A DNA stretch of 64,000 bases. Origin: Octopus bimaculoides (Eukaryota). Positions 24,819 through 36,434 of this stretch are shown here, piece after piece. The position numbers and the translations under genes are program-made. The stretch lies in NCBI RefSeq assembly GCF_001194135.2, contig NC_068981.1, forward strand, positions 193,760,734 through 193,824,733, given 5' to 3'. The notes under the pieces are model-generated. The model ran no database searches, was not told the origin of the DNA, and saw nothing but the letters and a program-made list of their open reading frames with translations. Numbering within the stretch: the stretch's first letter is position 1; every line of letters begins with the position of its first letter.

Positions 24819-24854
24819 CTTTAACATTTCGAGCCTATGCTCTTCCACAAAAAG
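24819..24854 (-). ncRNA. Decayed hammerhead motif (family HH-D) in a ~150-bp repeat
   Basis: CTTT TTGTGGA A GAGC atag GCTC GAAAT GT T AAAG. Stems I and II are intact, the core is mutated. Confidence 0.5.
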
Positions 24855-25408
24855 GAACACAGAAAGAAACAAGGAGACAAAATAAAGAACATGTAGTGGC
24901 TAGCGATCTATCATCATTACGTTCTTTTCTACTCTAGGTAGAACGCCCAAAATTTTGGAGGAGGGGGGGTCAGTCGATTAGATCGACCCAGTATGCAACT
25001 GGTACTTAATTTATCGACCCCGAAAGGATGAAAGGCAAAGTCAACCTCGTCGGAATTTGAACTCATACCGTAAAGACAGATGAAATACTGCTAAGCATTT
25101 CGCCCAGCATGTTAACGTTTCTGCCAGCTTGCTTATCATCATGATTATGTTGTATCAGTAAATGGCATGTAGATTCAGGCAACAGATTTTTCTGATTTCT
25201 ATACTGGGCAGGCAGGAAGGCAGGCAGGCAGGCTACAGGTGTGGCTGTATGATTAAGAAGGTTACTTTCCAGTCATAAGGTTTCAAGTTCAGTCCCTCTT
25301 CATGGCACCTTTGACATGTTTTCCACTACAACCTGAAGCCAACCAAAACCTTGTGAGTGGATTTGATACATGGAAACTTAAAAAGGCCTGTTGTATATGT
25401 ATTACATA

Positions 25409-25778
25409 CAGGGTGCAATGGGTAAATTGTTGCCATCTTATATTTTTGATTTTGTGCATATGCTTTGTTTGTTTTTGATTTTGTTGACTATACAGTATAG
25501 TAGGGTCAGTTGGGCAGAATCTGTGAGAAAAACAGCACCATGATGCAATTCACTCTGCCAGAGATTTCGAAATGACATGCTGTACTGCTTGGTATTCATG
25601 CCGGAAGCAATTTGAGAACAGTACAGAGGATTCAGAAAGAGTTGGATGAGTCTAGTGGTGATAACAAAGGTATGGCAACGCAGAAAACTCACTCTGGTTA
25701 TTCTGATAAGAAAAGAACTCTGATAAGAAAAGAATTTGTTGGTGAGATCCAAGCCATGACTGACAACATGAGTCAATC
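25409..25778 (+). mobile_element. maT (DD37D) element 5' portion
   Basis: TA+CAGGGTGCAATGGGTAAATTG TIR, homologous to the start of 42605-43449. Confidence 0.8.
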
Positions 25779-26635
25779 AAACTAAAGACAGCTTATTAGC
25801 CTGACTATAATACGTCTATAATGACTATATGTCTCAGTGGTGTTTAATCAGATTAAGAGGATGGATGAGAATTAATTCAGTAATGCAATCATTCTATTGT
25901 TCCAGAACCAATTTAAATTCCAACTGTATGCCAATTTGCCAATGAAGTGAATATCAATTATCTCCCACTTGATCTCTCATATCATCTGACAAATACCAAG
26001 CAAGATGGCCTGAATTAGCCAAGCTCTACCTGCTAGAAATAGCAACCCAAATGCTTTTAAATCAGATCCCAATACTGGATGTTCAAGAACCACATGAAGG
26101 GCAGATTTTCAATCCTGTGATGATTCTGATTCCAAAAAGCTATAACGTGTCTATGTGGAGCAAATGTAGACTGAGATACAGGGGTCCCAGATAGACAGAC
26201 AGAATTTCACTTTTATTATTATTATTATTATTATTATTATATCTTATCATCNNNNNNNNNNNNNNNNNNNNNNNNNNNNNNNNNNNNNNNNNNNNNNNNN
26301 NNNNNNNNNNNNNNNNNTGTCTGTTTTGACATGGTTTTTATGGCTGGATGCCCTTTCTAATACCAACTGCCCCAGAGAGTGGACTGAGTGCTTTTTATGT
26401 TGCATCAGCACAGGCAAGGCTAATTTTGGTATGGTTTTTACAGCTGAATGCCCTTCCAAAATGCCAACCCCTTTACAGTGTGAACTAGATGCTTTTTACA
26501 AGGCACCAGTACTGGTAGACCCTATGTCTGGCAACAGGATTCTGCACCATTCCACACAAGCAGGAGAACCCAGTCATGGCTGTCAGACAATTTCTATGAC
26601 CACATTACCCCTAACGTCTGACCACCTAACTCCCC
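25778..26635 (+). repeat. Local duplication, copy 1 of 43616-44529
   Basis: Near-identical unique+SINE+maT sequence with a few substitutions and a ~24-bp indel. A sub-block is duplicated again at ~26640-26830. Confidence 0.9.
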
Positions 26636-26867
26636 TAACTAGAAATAGCAACCCAAATGCTTTTAAATCAGATCCCAATACTGGATGTTCAAGAACCACA
26701 TGAAGGGCAGATTTTCAATCCTGGGATCATTCTGATTCCAAAATGGTATAATGTGTCTATGTGGAGTAAATGTAGACTGAAATACAGGGATCCTAGACAA
26801 ACAGATAGAATTTCACTTTTATTATTATTATCATTAATACATACATATATATATACACACACACACA

Positions 26868-27979
26868 TAGGGGTTGGACAAAATAATGGAAACACACAGC
26901 TTCATAATTTTGAAATATCTATAAAACCGTCAAAAGCTTGTTTATTTTTATGTTTTTTGATTTATTATTTGTGTTGCTTAATATGTTTTGCTAAAATTGC
27001 TGTTTCTTTTCAGATATCGTTAGAAAAAGCTAATTAAAGTCGTTAAAATGACAGATCTATTGGACTTTCAAAGAGGTTAAATTGTTGGTGCTCATATGGC
27101 AGGTGTTAGTGTAACGAAAACAGCCGAAATGTTTGGTGTATCAAGAAGTACTGTCCTGAAAGTAATGACAGCCTTTGAGAAAGAGGGGAAAAAATCTCTT
27201 CGTTGAAACAAAACTCCGGAAGAAAACCAAAACTTTCAGATAGCGACCGTCGGACTCTTACCCGAATTGTTAGAATGGATCACAAAAGTACAGCTCCCAA
27301 AATTACCGCAGAGCTTAATGACTACCTCGAGAACCCAGTTTTCACAAAAACCATTCGCTGGGAGTTGCACAAAGCTGGATTTCATGAGAGGACTGCAATC
27401 AGAAAACCACTACTTTCAAAAACAAATGTTACAAAGCGTTTAGAGTGGAGTAAAAAACCTACAGAATTGGTCCCTAGAGCAGTAGAAGAATGTTATTTTC
27501 CCGGATGAGTCAACCTTTACCTTATTTCCGACCACTGGCCGAGTATATGTGTGGAAACAGCCAAAAGAAGCATTTGACCCAGACTGCCTTTTTCCAACTG
27601 TTAAGCATGGAGGATGATCTGTGACGATCTGGGGCGCTATATCTTGGAAATCTGCCAGCCCAGTGGTTTCTCTTCATAGCAGAATTAATAGTCAAGACTA
27701 TTTAAGCATTTTATCTGATCAAATTCATCCTATGGTTGTAGAACTGTTTCCGGAGGGAAATGCAATCTTTCAGGATGATAATGTACTAATTCACACAGTT
27801 AAAGTTGTTACTGAATGGCACGAGAAACATTCTAGTGAAGTTGAACATTCTATCTGGCCACCACAGTCCCCAGATCTCAATATTATTGAACATTTATGGT
27901 GCATTTTATGAAAACAAGTAAGGAGTTGATATCTTCTACCATCATCACTACAAGAACTGGAAACTGTTTTAGCTGAAGA
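26868..27979 (+). mobile_element. Tc1-family transposon, DD36E spacing, disrupted transposase (ATG 27048), runs into gap
   Basis: TIR AGGGGTTGGACAAAATAATGGAAACAC. MTDLLDFQRG*IVGAHMAG...NSGRKPKLS...KHGG..IWGAISW...FQDDNVLIHT...WPPQSPDLNIIEHLW, with 36 residues between the catalytic D and E. Confidence 0.92.
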
Positions 27980-29193
27980 NNNNNNNNNNNNNNNNNNNNN
28001 NNNNNNNNNNNNNNNNNNNNNNNNNNNNNNNNNNNNNNNNNNNNNNNNNNNNNNNNNNNNNNNNNNNNNNNNNNNNNNNNNNNNNNNNNNNNNNNNNNNN
28101 NNNNNNNNNNNNNNNNNNNNNNNNNNNNNNNNNNNNNNNNNNNNNNNNNNNNNNNNNNNNNNNNNNNNNNNNNNNNNNNNNNNNNNNNNNNNNNNNNNNN
28201 NNNNNNNNNNNNNNNNNNNNNNNNNNNNNNNNNNNNNNNNNNNNNNNNNNNNNNNNNNNNNNNNNNNNNNNNNNNNNNNNNNNNNNNNNNNNNNNNNNNN
28301 NNNNNNNNNNNNNNNNNNNNNNNNNNNNNNNNNNNNNNNNNNNNNNNNNNNNNNNNNNNNNNNNNNNNNNNNNNNNNNNNNNNNNNNNNNNNNNNNNNNN
28401 NNNNNNNNNNNNNNNNNNNNNNNNNNNNNNNNNNNNNNNNNNNNNNNNNNNNNNNNNNNNNNNNNNNNNNNNNNNNNNNNNNNNNNNNNNNNNNNNNNNN
28501 NNNNNNNNNNNNNNNNNNNNNNNNNNNNNNNNNNNNNNNNNNNNNNNNNNNNNNNNNNNNNNNNNNNNNNNNNNNNNNNNNNNNNNNNNNNNNNNNNNNN
28601 NNNNNNNNNNNNNNNNNNNNNNNNNNNNNNNNNNNNNNNNNNNNNNNNNNNNNNNNNNNNNNNNNNNNNNNNNNNNNNNNNNNNNNNNNNNNNNNNNNNN
28701 NNNNNNNNNNNNNNNNNNNNNNNNNNNNNNNNNNNNNNNNNNNNNNNNNNNNNNNNNNNNNNNNNNNNNNNNNNNNNNNNNNNNNNNNNNNNNNNNNNNN
28801 NNNNNNNNNNNNNNNNNNNNCCGACATCTACAAAACTGAGTTCTAAAAGTGCTGTGTTTCACCCACGCATAACAATAAAACTTTCCACAGACCTTACCCC
28901 AACAAACCAAACTACATCTCTTCCCCCTTCTCTTGTTCTTCCTTCTGGCTGGGTGACCATGGATCTCCTTCACAGCAGCACACCTATTTCTGTCCTCATT
29001 CTTGATAACTCTCCCTCCCTCTCTGGCTGGGTAACCATGTACCTCTCTCTGTCATACTATTACATATGGAAAGCATTTATTCATCAAAATATATTCCATT
29101 ATATCTTATTGTCTGTCACCATCATTGTGCCAGAATCTCAGGTCCACACTTATACCATTTGTTTAGAAGCAAAAAAACTTCCTGCATCCACTT

Positions 29194-29424
29194 TCAAACA
29201 TCTACATTGTTGAAACTCTGTCCATCTAGGGAATGAGCCATGGCTTGGAAAAAGTGGTAATCTGGTGGTGCAAGGTTTGGACCATAGGCAGGGAGAGGCA
29301 GCACTTCCAGCTCCTCAAGTTCTTCGAGTTTGTGCTTGGTAACATCAGTAGTGTATGCCGAGAAATTGCCATATTCTAAGAGTATGCGTCTTTGATTGAC
29401 CAATTCTGGGTAGGGTGCTTTCAA
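29194..29424 (-). mobile_element. mariner catalytic-domain remnant
   Basis: EVLPLPAYGPNLAPPDYHFFQAMAHSL ~ HPPYSPDLAPSDYHLF. Confidence 0.8.
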
Positions 29425-29550
29425 AGCATCATATTCTCACTGCAGTTATGGAGAATAAAGGTTGGCATTCACAGCATGACCATGTGGGATAAGCTCAAAC
29501 TGCAACTGTACCTTGAAATTCCACCAAATGTACGACATGACCTTCTGTTC

Positions 29551-29955
29551 CATATTTAAGAGATGAGGAATTATTTACATTATTTACATTTGATGGATAT
29601 TTGTCATCTTGTTTGTTGTTAACACACCGTTTCGGCTGATATACCCTCCAGCCTTCCTCAGATATCTTGGGGAAATTTTGAACCTGGGTTCTCATTCCTA
29701 AGGTATTTTTCGATGTTATTATTATTATTATTATTCAGGTCACTGCCTGGAATCAAACTCGGAATCTTGAGGTTAGTAGCCCATGCTCTTAACCACTATG
29801 CTATATGCCCGTGGGCATATGAAATGAGAACCCAGGTTTGAAATTTCCCCCAAGACACCTGATGAAGGCTGGAGGGTATATCAGCCGAAAAGTTGTGTTA
29901 ACAACAAACAAGATGAGGACAAATATCCATCAAATGTAAATAATGTAAATAATGA
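29551..29955 (-). mobile_element. tRNA-headed, hammerhead-bearing element with inverted 5' extension and 16-bp TSD (family HH-C)
   Basis: TSD ACATGACCTTCTGTTC at 29535-29550 and 29956-29971. Minus strand: A/B-box head, (AAT)n, hammerhead 29666-29621, tail. Palindrome ATATGCCC-GT-GGGCATAT at 29803-29820. Inverted tail copy with hammerhead 29854-29899. Confidence 0.85.
29854..29899 (+). ncRNA. Minimal type-I hammerhead motif (HH-C)
   Basis: GACAC CTGATGA A GGCTG gagggtatat CAGCC GAAA A GT T GTGTT, with one change (C15.2>A) from the three-copy consensus. Confidence 0.75.
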
Positions 29956-30858
29956 ACATGACCTTCTGTTCAAAACAACCCTGTTTGAAAACAGGTTCTG
30001 AAGCCTGGCTTGAATGGAAGCACTAATTCCTCTAATTGGGAATACAGAAATAGGTCCATTTTTATCCCTCAGTTACAATTCAACACCAAAAACTGGCATT
30101 TCAATGATTTTTCAGTAGTTGTTTGCTAATTGTTTACATGTCATTAAGCCTGGTCAATGGTCAGTTCACAAGGAGCTTCTCAGCAGAGTTTGCTCACGAG
30201 GCCAAACTTATGGGGGTGCTGACTGATGCTGGTAAACCGTCTGAACCATTACCATGTTGGGTAAAATGCTAAGCAACATTTTGTTCACCTTTACCTTTTG
30301 AGATCAAATTCTTTTCTACTCTAGGCACAAAGCCCGAAGTTTTGGGGGAGGGGGGAAGTCGATTAGATCAACCCCAGTACGCAACAGGTACTTAATTTAT
30401 CGACCCTGAAAGGATGAAAGGCAAAGTCGACCTCAGCAGAATTTGAACTCAGAATGTAACAGTAGACAAAATACTGCTAAGCATTTCATGCTAATGATTC
30501 TGGTATGCTAACGTTTCTGCCAGCTCGTCGCCCTTTTGAGATCAAATTCTACCAAGATCAGCTTTGCTTTTCACCCTTTCGAGGATAATAAAATAAATAC
30601 CAGTTGCACACTGGGGGCCTATGTAATTGACTTCTCCATTCCTGTAAGTACAGGAGCAGGTGCAAAAGTTGGTATACAGTAAGTACCACATCAATGTCAT
30701 AATACTTAATTCATTAAAATTATTAACACATTAAATTAGTTAGCCTCATTTTTGATATTTTCAGTATCATTAATCCTAATAATACTTTTATCATAACCTT
30801 CAACTTTTTTCATAGAAATAAATGAAAATTGTACACGTTTCCGTTTTTCTTAACTGTT

Positions 30859-32022
30859 ATGTCTTGACTATAATGTACTGAAGAGTAAAGAGTGCAGTAC
30901 TATACTGATTACGAAATCATGATATACTGTTAAGTCTGTTTTTAGGAGGATCACTTAGAGAGTTGCATTCCCTCACGTTTGGTAAAAATGTGTTTATTAT
31001 GGTAGCTTGACTTTTAGAATCCCTCCTAGCATGAGGCATTTATGTATAGTAATGCCCTTAATATAAATAAATATATTTATAGGGAATAATTAATAAATTT
31101 TTCCCTTATGATGTTTATTCACACTAACTACTTGATAAGTTCTTATAAAGATTTTATCCGATATTTAAATTGTAAATTTAACCAGAATATATTCAATGCT
31201 GAATTTTATTCTGAAAAAAATACATGTACCGAGATGCAATTCGAAAAGCCTGCCTCTTACATAGATATATAGGGATAAACAATTTTCTATGTACTGTGCT
31301 GGATACATGGAGTGTTTGTCTGGTATATTGATTTTTTTGCTTATTTTTATGTGTCTTGACTATACATGTACTGAAGAGTAAAGAGTGCAGTACTGCGATG
31401 ATTACGAAATCATGATATACCGTTAAGTCTGTTTTTAGGAGGATCGCTTCAAGAGTTGTAAAGATGTGTTTATTATGGTAGGTTGACTTTTCGAGTCCCT
31501 CCTAGCATGAGGCATTTATGTATAGCAATGCCCTTAATATAAATAAATATACTAACTGTATATATACTTTCATAACAGTATATATACTTCTGTATTCCAC
31601 TTCCTCAATTCTCTGCCTACAGTAACAGTTCTGTTAAGAAGAGCTCCAACATTCCATGTAGCATCATTGAATATGATTCTATTCTTTAGAAAATTGTTCT
31701 GGAAATCCTTTTTTTCATTTCCTTGCTTCTCCTGCTGGTATGAATGGCCGTCAGCCACGAGTAGCTGACGAGCTTAATGGTGGAGCGATGTTTATGTCAC
31801 CTTTTCTAGACCTCTCCTAATTTTTGGATGAGCAGTAAGGCAACAAGCTGGCAGAATCGTTAGCATGCCAGGCAAGATGCTTAGCAGCATTTCATCCATC
31901 TTTACATTCTGAGTTCAAATTCTACCAAGGCAGACTTTACCTTTCATCCTTTTGGGGTTAATAAAATAAATACCAGCTGTGTACTAGGGACTCTAAAAGT
32001 CAAACTACCATAATAAACACAT
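30859..32022. repeat. ~210-bp direct repeat pair plus a 37-bp inverted copy; unclassified
   Basis: 30859-31073 is similar to 31352-31551. The internal ATGTGTTTATTATGGTAG.TTGACTTTT.GA.TCCCT is inverted at 31986-32022. Confidence 0.8.
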
Positions 32023-33039
32023 GTGTACTACTCCACTTAAATTGCTGGCCTTGTGCCGAATTTTAAACCAATATTTCAGTGAACAGTGTTCTACCTTAAA
32101 AGAACTGAGCAGTCACAAAGGACTCTGCCCAAGCCAGTTCCTGCTCCACAAACGGACAACGGAGTTAGACAAGCCTTAAACCACCTCTGTGTAGATCAGC
32201 AACTGTATTCCTCCAACTCATTAAGATTGTTTGTGTTGCTTCTTTCCCAGCACTACAGGACTACAAAGAGATATTTGCACATGGAAATCAAAGCAGCATG
32301 TGCTTGTGTTACATAAATACCACCCTCTAAGTGTCAACAGCTGAGAGGGACACTCTGAAAAACCTGCAGTTGATGCAGTCATCAATCATCTTGCACCTGC
32401 AGGTAATAAAATATATATATCATCATCATCATCATTTAGCATCCATTGTCCATGCTGGCATGGGTTGGATGGTTTGACCAGGACTGGTAAGCTGAGGGGC
32501 TGTACCAGACTCCAGTCTGATTTGGCATGGTTTCTATGGCTAGATGCCCTTCCCAACACCAACCACTCTGATTGTGTAATGGGTGCTTTTATGTGCCAGT
32601 TGTGTGACACAAGTATCTGCTGTGACTGCGATTCTGCTCAGATTGAAGGGTCTTCTTCTCAAGCTAAGTATAAAGGTCTTGGTCATTTGTCATTACCTCC
32701 ATGAGGCCCAGCACTCGAAAGGTGCTTTTTACATGCCACTAGCACAGATGCTAGTTATGCAACACCAGCACTGGCAACATTGCCTCCGTGAGGTCTAACA
32801 CTCAAAAGGTGCCTTTTATGTTCCACCAGCACAGGTACCACAGTTATGTGACACTAACAATGGCCACAATTACGATTTCACTTGGCTTGACGGGTCTTTT
32901 CAAGCACAGCATGTCACCAAACATCTCAGTCACCAGTCATTGCCTCCATGAGGCCCAACATTCAAAGAGCGTGCTTCACCACCTCATTTCATGTCTCCTT
33001 GGATCTCCCTCTTCCACAACTTCTTTCCACTGGTAGAGG

Positions 33040-33910
33040 TTGGCACCTCTTCACACAGCTGTCCACAACCATATGCATCACATGACCATACCAGAGCAGT
33101 CGTCTCTCTAGCACACCCTATCTGATGCTTCTTATGCCCAGCTTTTCTCTCAAGATGTTTACACTCTGTCGCACATGCACCCTGACATTGCACATCTAGC
33201 AAAGCATACTAGATTCATTTTTTTCAAGCCTTTGTATGTCCTCTGCAGTCACAGCCCATGTTTCACTTTTGTGTAGCATGGCTGTTTGCACACAGGCATC
33301 ATACAATCTGCTTTTTACTCTGAGGGACAGGCCCTTTATTACCAACAGAGGTGGAGGCTCTCTGAACTTTACCCACATTCTTATTCTAGCAGTTATGCTC
33401 TCAGAGCATCCACCCATGCTACTGACTTGGTTACCTAGGTAACGGAAGCTATCAAATACTAGTTTTCCACCCTGGCTTTTGATGGAGTCTATTTTCTCTA
33501 CATTTTTAGTGTTAACTGTACCTGTGCACCTTCCACACACAAAAACTAGTTTCCCAGTTAACCTTCCTCTAATATTGTTGCACCTCTTATGTGTGCATAG
33601 CTTACACAGGGTACATCTATCTATATATATATATATATAATTAATATCAGGGTAAGAAAAAATTTTAGAAATGTTTACAACCAGTGACCTTTCACTCTGA
33701 GGGAGAGGCCCTTTATTACCAGCAGAAGTAGAAGCTCTCTGAACTTTACCCAACCCATTGTATAATGCCTGTGTGCGAACAGCCATGCTACACAAAAGTG
33801 AAAGATGGGCTGTGACTGCAGAGGACATGTAAGCTTGAAAAAAATGAATCTAGTATGCTTTGCTAGATGTGCAATGTCAGTGTGCATGTGCAATAGAGTG
33901 TAAGCATCTT
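33040..33910 (-). mobile_element. RTE ORF2 3' remnant with local inverted and direct duplication
   Basis: SFRYLGNQVSSMGGCSESITARIR..VKFRE..LLVIKGLSLRVKSRLYDACVQTAMLH.SETWA. 33152-33306 is inverted at 33758-33910. Confidence 0.88.
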
Positions 33911-34142
33911 ATATACATACATACACACACACACACACACATGCATCTTGTTTCTGCCTGTCTCTGTCTCTTCCCTTTGTATTTGAATACTTTGCAAATA
34001 TTCTTTTAAAAAACTTTCCATTTAATTTTCCCAAAATTTAATCGTTTTTCCATACTTACATTTCAAAAAGTCTCAATGACTGAAACGGTACTGAAATGTT
34101 TTTTATAAAATTATTTTACCATTTTCTACCATGACTTTTTTC

Positions 34143-34186
<44 letters not shown>

Positions 34187-34356
34187 AGGTTTGGAGGTGA
34201 TGTACAGAAATTATATAGAAAAAAATTAAGGTACTCAGAAATCTGGATGTTTGTACATTTACAGATTTTTATTAATGTCACATGTTTTATAAATTAAATA
34301 AAGCGCTTTTCACCTAATCGTGTAGGATTTTCAAATTGTTTTGTGTGTGCGGAGGG

Positions 34357-34796
34357 GTCTCTTTATATAGTTTTATTGAGTGTGTAGGGGTGGAGAGAGA
34401 GATATATAGGATAGTAAGAGAGGGTGAGGAATGGAGGGAAAAGTGAGAGAGAGAGTGTGTGTGTGTGTGTGTGAGTATGTGTTTTTTTTGTGTTGGTGTG
34501 TGTGTCTGTGTGTGTGCGTGTGTGTGTGTGTCGATGGGAAAGAGAAAAGAAGAAAATTGGGTTCATAGCTGGTTAGTTCTTTTCAATGATAACCAGCTAT
34601 GAACCCAATTTTCTTCTCTTCTCTTTCCCATTGACACACACACACGCACACACACAGACACACACACCAACACAAAAAACACACACTCACACACACTCTC
34701 TCTCTCTCACTTTTCCCTCCATTCCTCACCCTCTCTTACTATCCTATATATCTCTCTCTCCACCCCTACACACTCAATAAAACTATATAAAGAGAC
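34357..34796. repeat. ~220-bp near-perfect palindrome abutting a gap
   Basis: Arm 34357-34575, 14-bp spacer, arm 34590-34796, with a few mismatches. Confidence 0.9.
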
Positions 34797-36403
34797 NNNN
34801 NNNNNNNNNNNNNNNNNNNNNNNNNNNNNNNNNNNNNNNNNNNNNNNNNNNNNNNNNNNNNNNNNNNNNNNNNNNNNNNNNNNNNNNNNNNNNNNNNNNN
34901 NNNNNNNNNNNNNNNNNNNNNNNNNNNNNNNNNNNNNNNNNNNNNNNNNNNNNNNNNNNNNNNNNNNNNNNNNNNNNNNNNNNNNNNNNNNNNNNNNNNN
35001 NNNNNNNNNNNNNNNNNNNNNNNNNNNNNNNNNNNNNNNNNNNNNNNNNNNNNNNNNNNNNNNNNNNNNNNNNNNNNNNNNNNNNNNNNNNNNNNNNNNN
35101 NNNNNNNNNNNNNNNNNNNNNNNNNNNNNNNNNNNNNNNNNNNNNNNNNNNNNNNNNNNNNNNNNNNNNNTGAATAAAAGAGAATGCAGGAGGCTCAGTT
35201 AATTATGATTTTATTCAACATATTCCCCTCTCAGAATCACACACTTATTGCCACAGTCCTTTAGATTTTTTAAACCCTGTAAGAGAACTCAGAAGGTTGG
35301 GCCTCCAACCAGGCTTTTCGCAATCCCCTTAAAGCCAGGAACTTTTCAGCACCCCTTCGTGTGCGCGCGTGTGTGTGTGTGTGTGTGTATAAACTTACAA
35401 AACGTGTATATATATAAACATACAAACACGCCAACACACACACAAACACACATATAGCAAAGCAAATACAAGAAAGCAATAACAATGATAAACAAAAAAA
35501 AGTTCAAAGAACTTTCACAGTGAACATTACTATAGATGATGATGATGATGATGATGATGATGGACAATGATGACAATGAACATGATGACAATGTTGGTGG
35601 TGATGCTGCTGATGATGATGATGGCAGCAAAGACTATGATAGCAAACTGTATTTCATGAAAATCTCTAGTGTCTGACAAGATGAGCTGACATATGTAATT
35701 AAAATACAAAAGGACTTTGTGAGTTTTTAAGTATTGTATGGGAACTTGAAATACTTCTTTGAGCAAGTCCTGATTTTTGTCTTGGTATAGAATAAATAAC
35801 TTCAAGTGTTTTTCCTGATTCAGAGGAAACACTTTGGGGGGAAAAACCACCACAAAAAGATCAACAGGGTTTTAGATAGGATAATCAAAGGAAAATCTGA
35901 GTCAATTTGATAACAAAAAGAGATTATTGTTGTGAGATCATCTTGAAATAATTAAAATAGAACATTGTTCAGTTGTGGTTGAGAGCTGGATTGGAAAACA
36001 ACAATATTGACTTTTTATTAACAGCCTAATTGATGTTGATCTTGATGTTTACCCTTTAGCATTTAAACTGGACATATATTCTACCAATTTTATGTTCAAA
36101 CTGGCCAGAGCAGTCCTCTCACACCAACCCAATAATGTCATTCTAAAAATCCCCTGAGTGGCTCCCATGCCAGTGGCATGTAAAAAGCACTTTCCGAACA
36201 TGATCGATGCCAGGCCCGCCTGACTGGCTCCTGTGCTGGTGGCACATAAAATGCACCTACTACACTCTCGGAGTGGTTGGAGTTAGGAAGGGCATCCAGT
36301 TGTAGAAACCTTGCCAGGTAAGATTGGAGCCTGGTGCAGCCACTGGCTCTCCAGACCTCAGTCAAACTGCCCAACCCATGCCAGCATGGAAAACGAATGT
36401 TGA

Positions 36404-36434
<31 letters not shown>

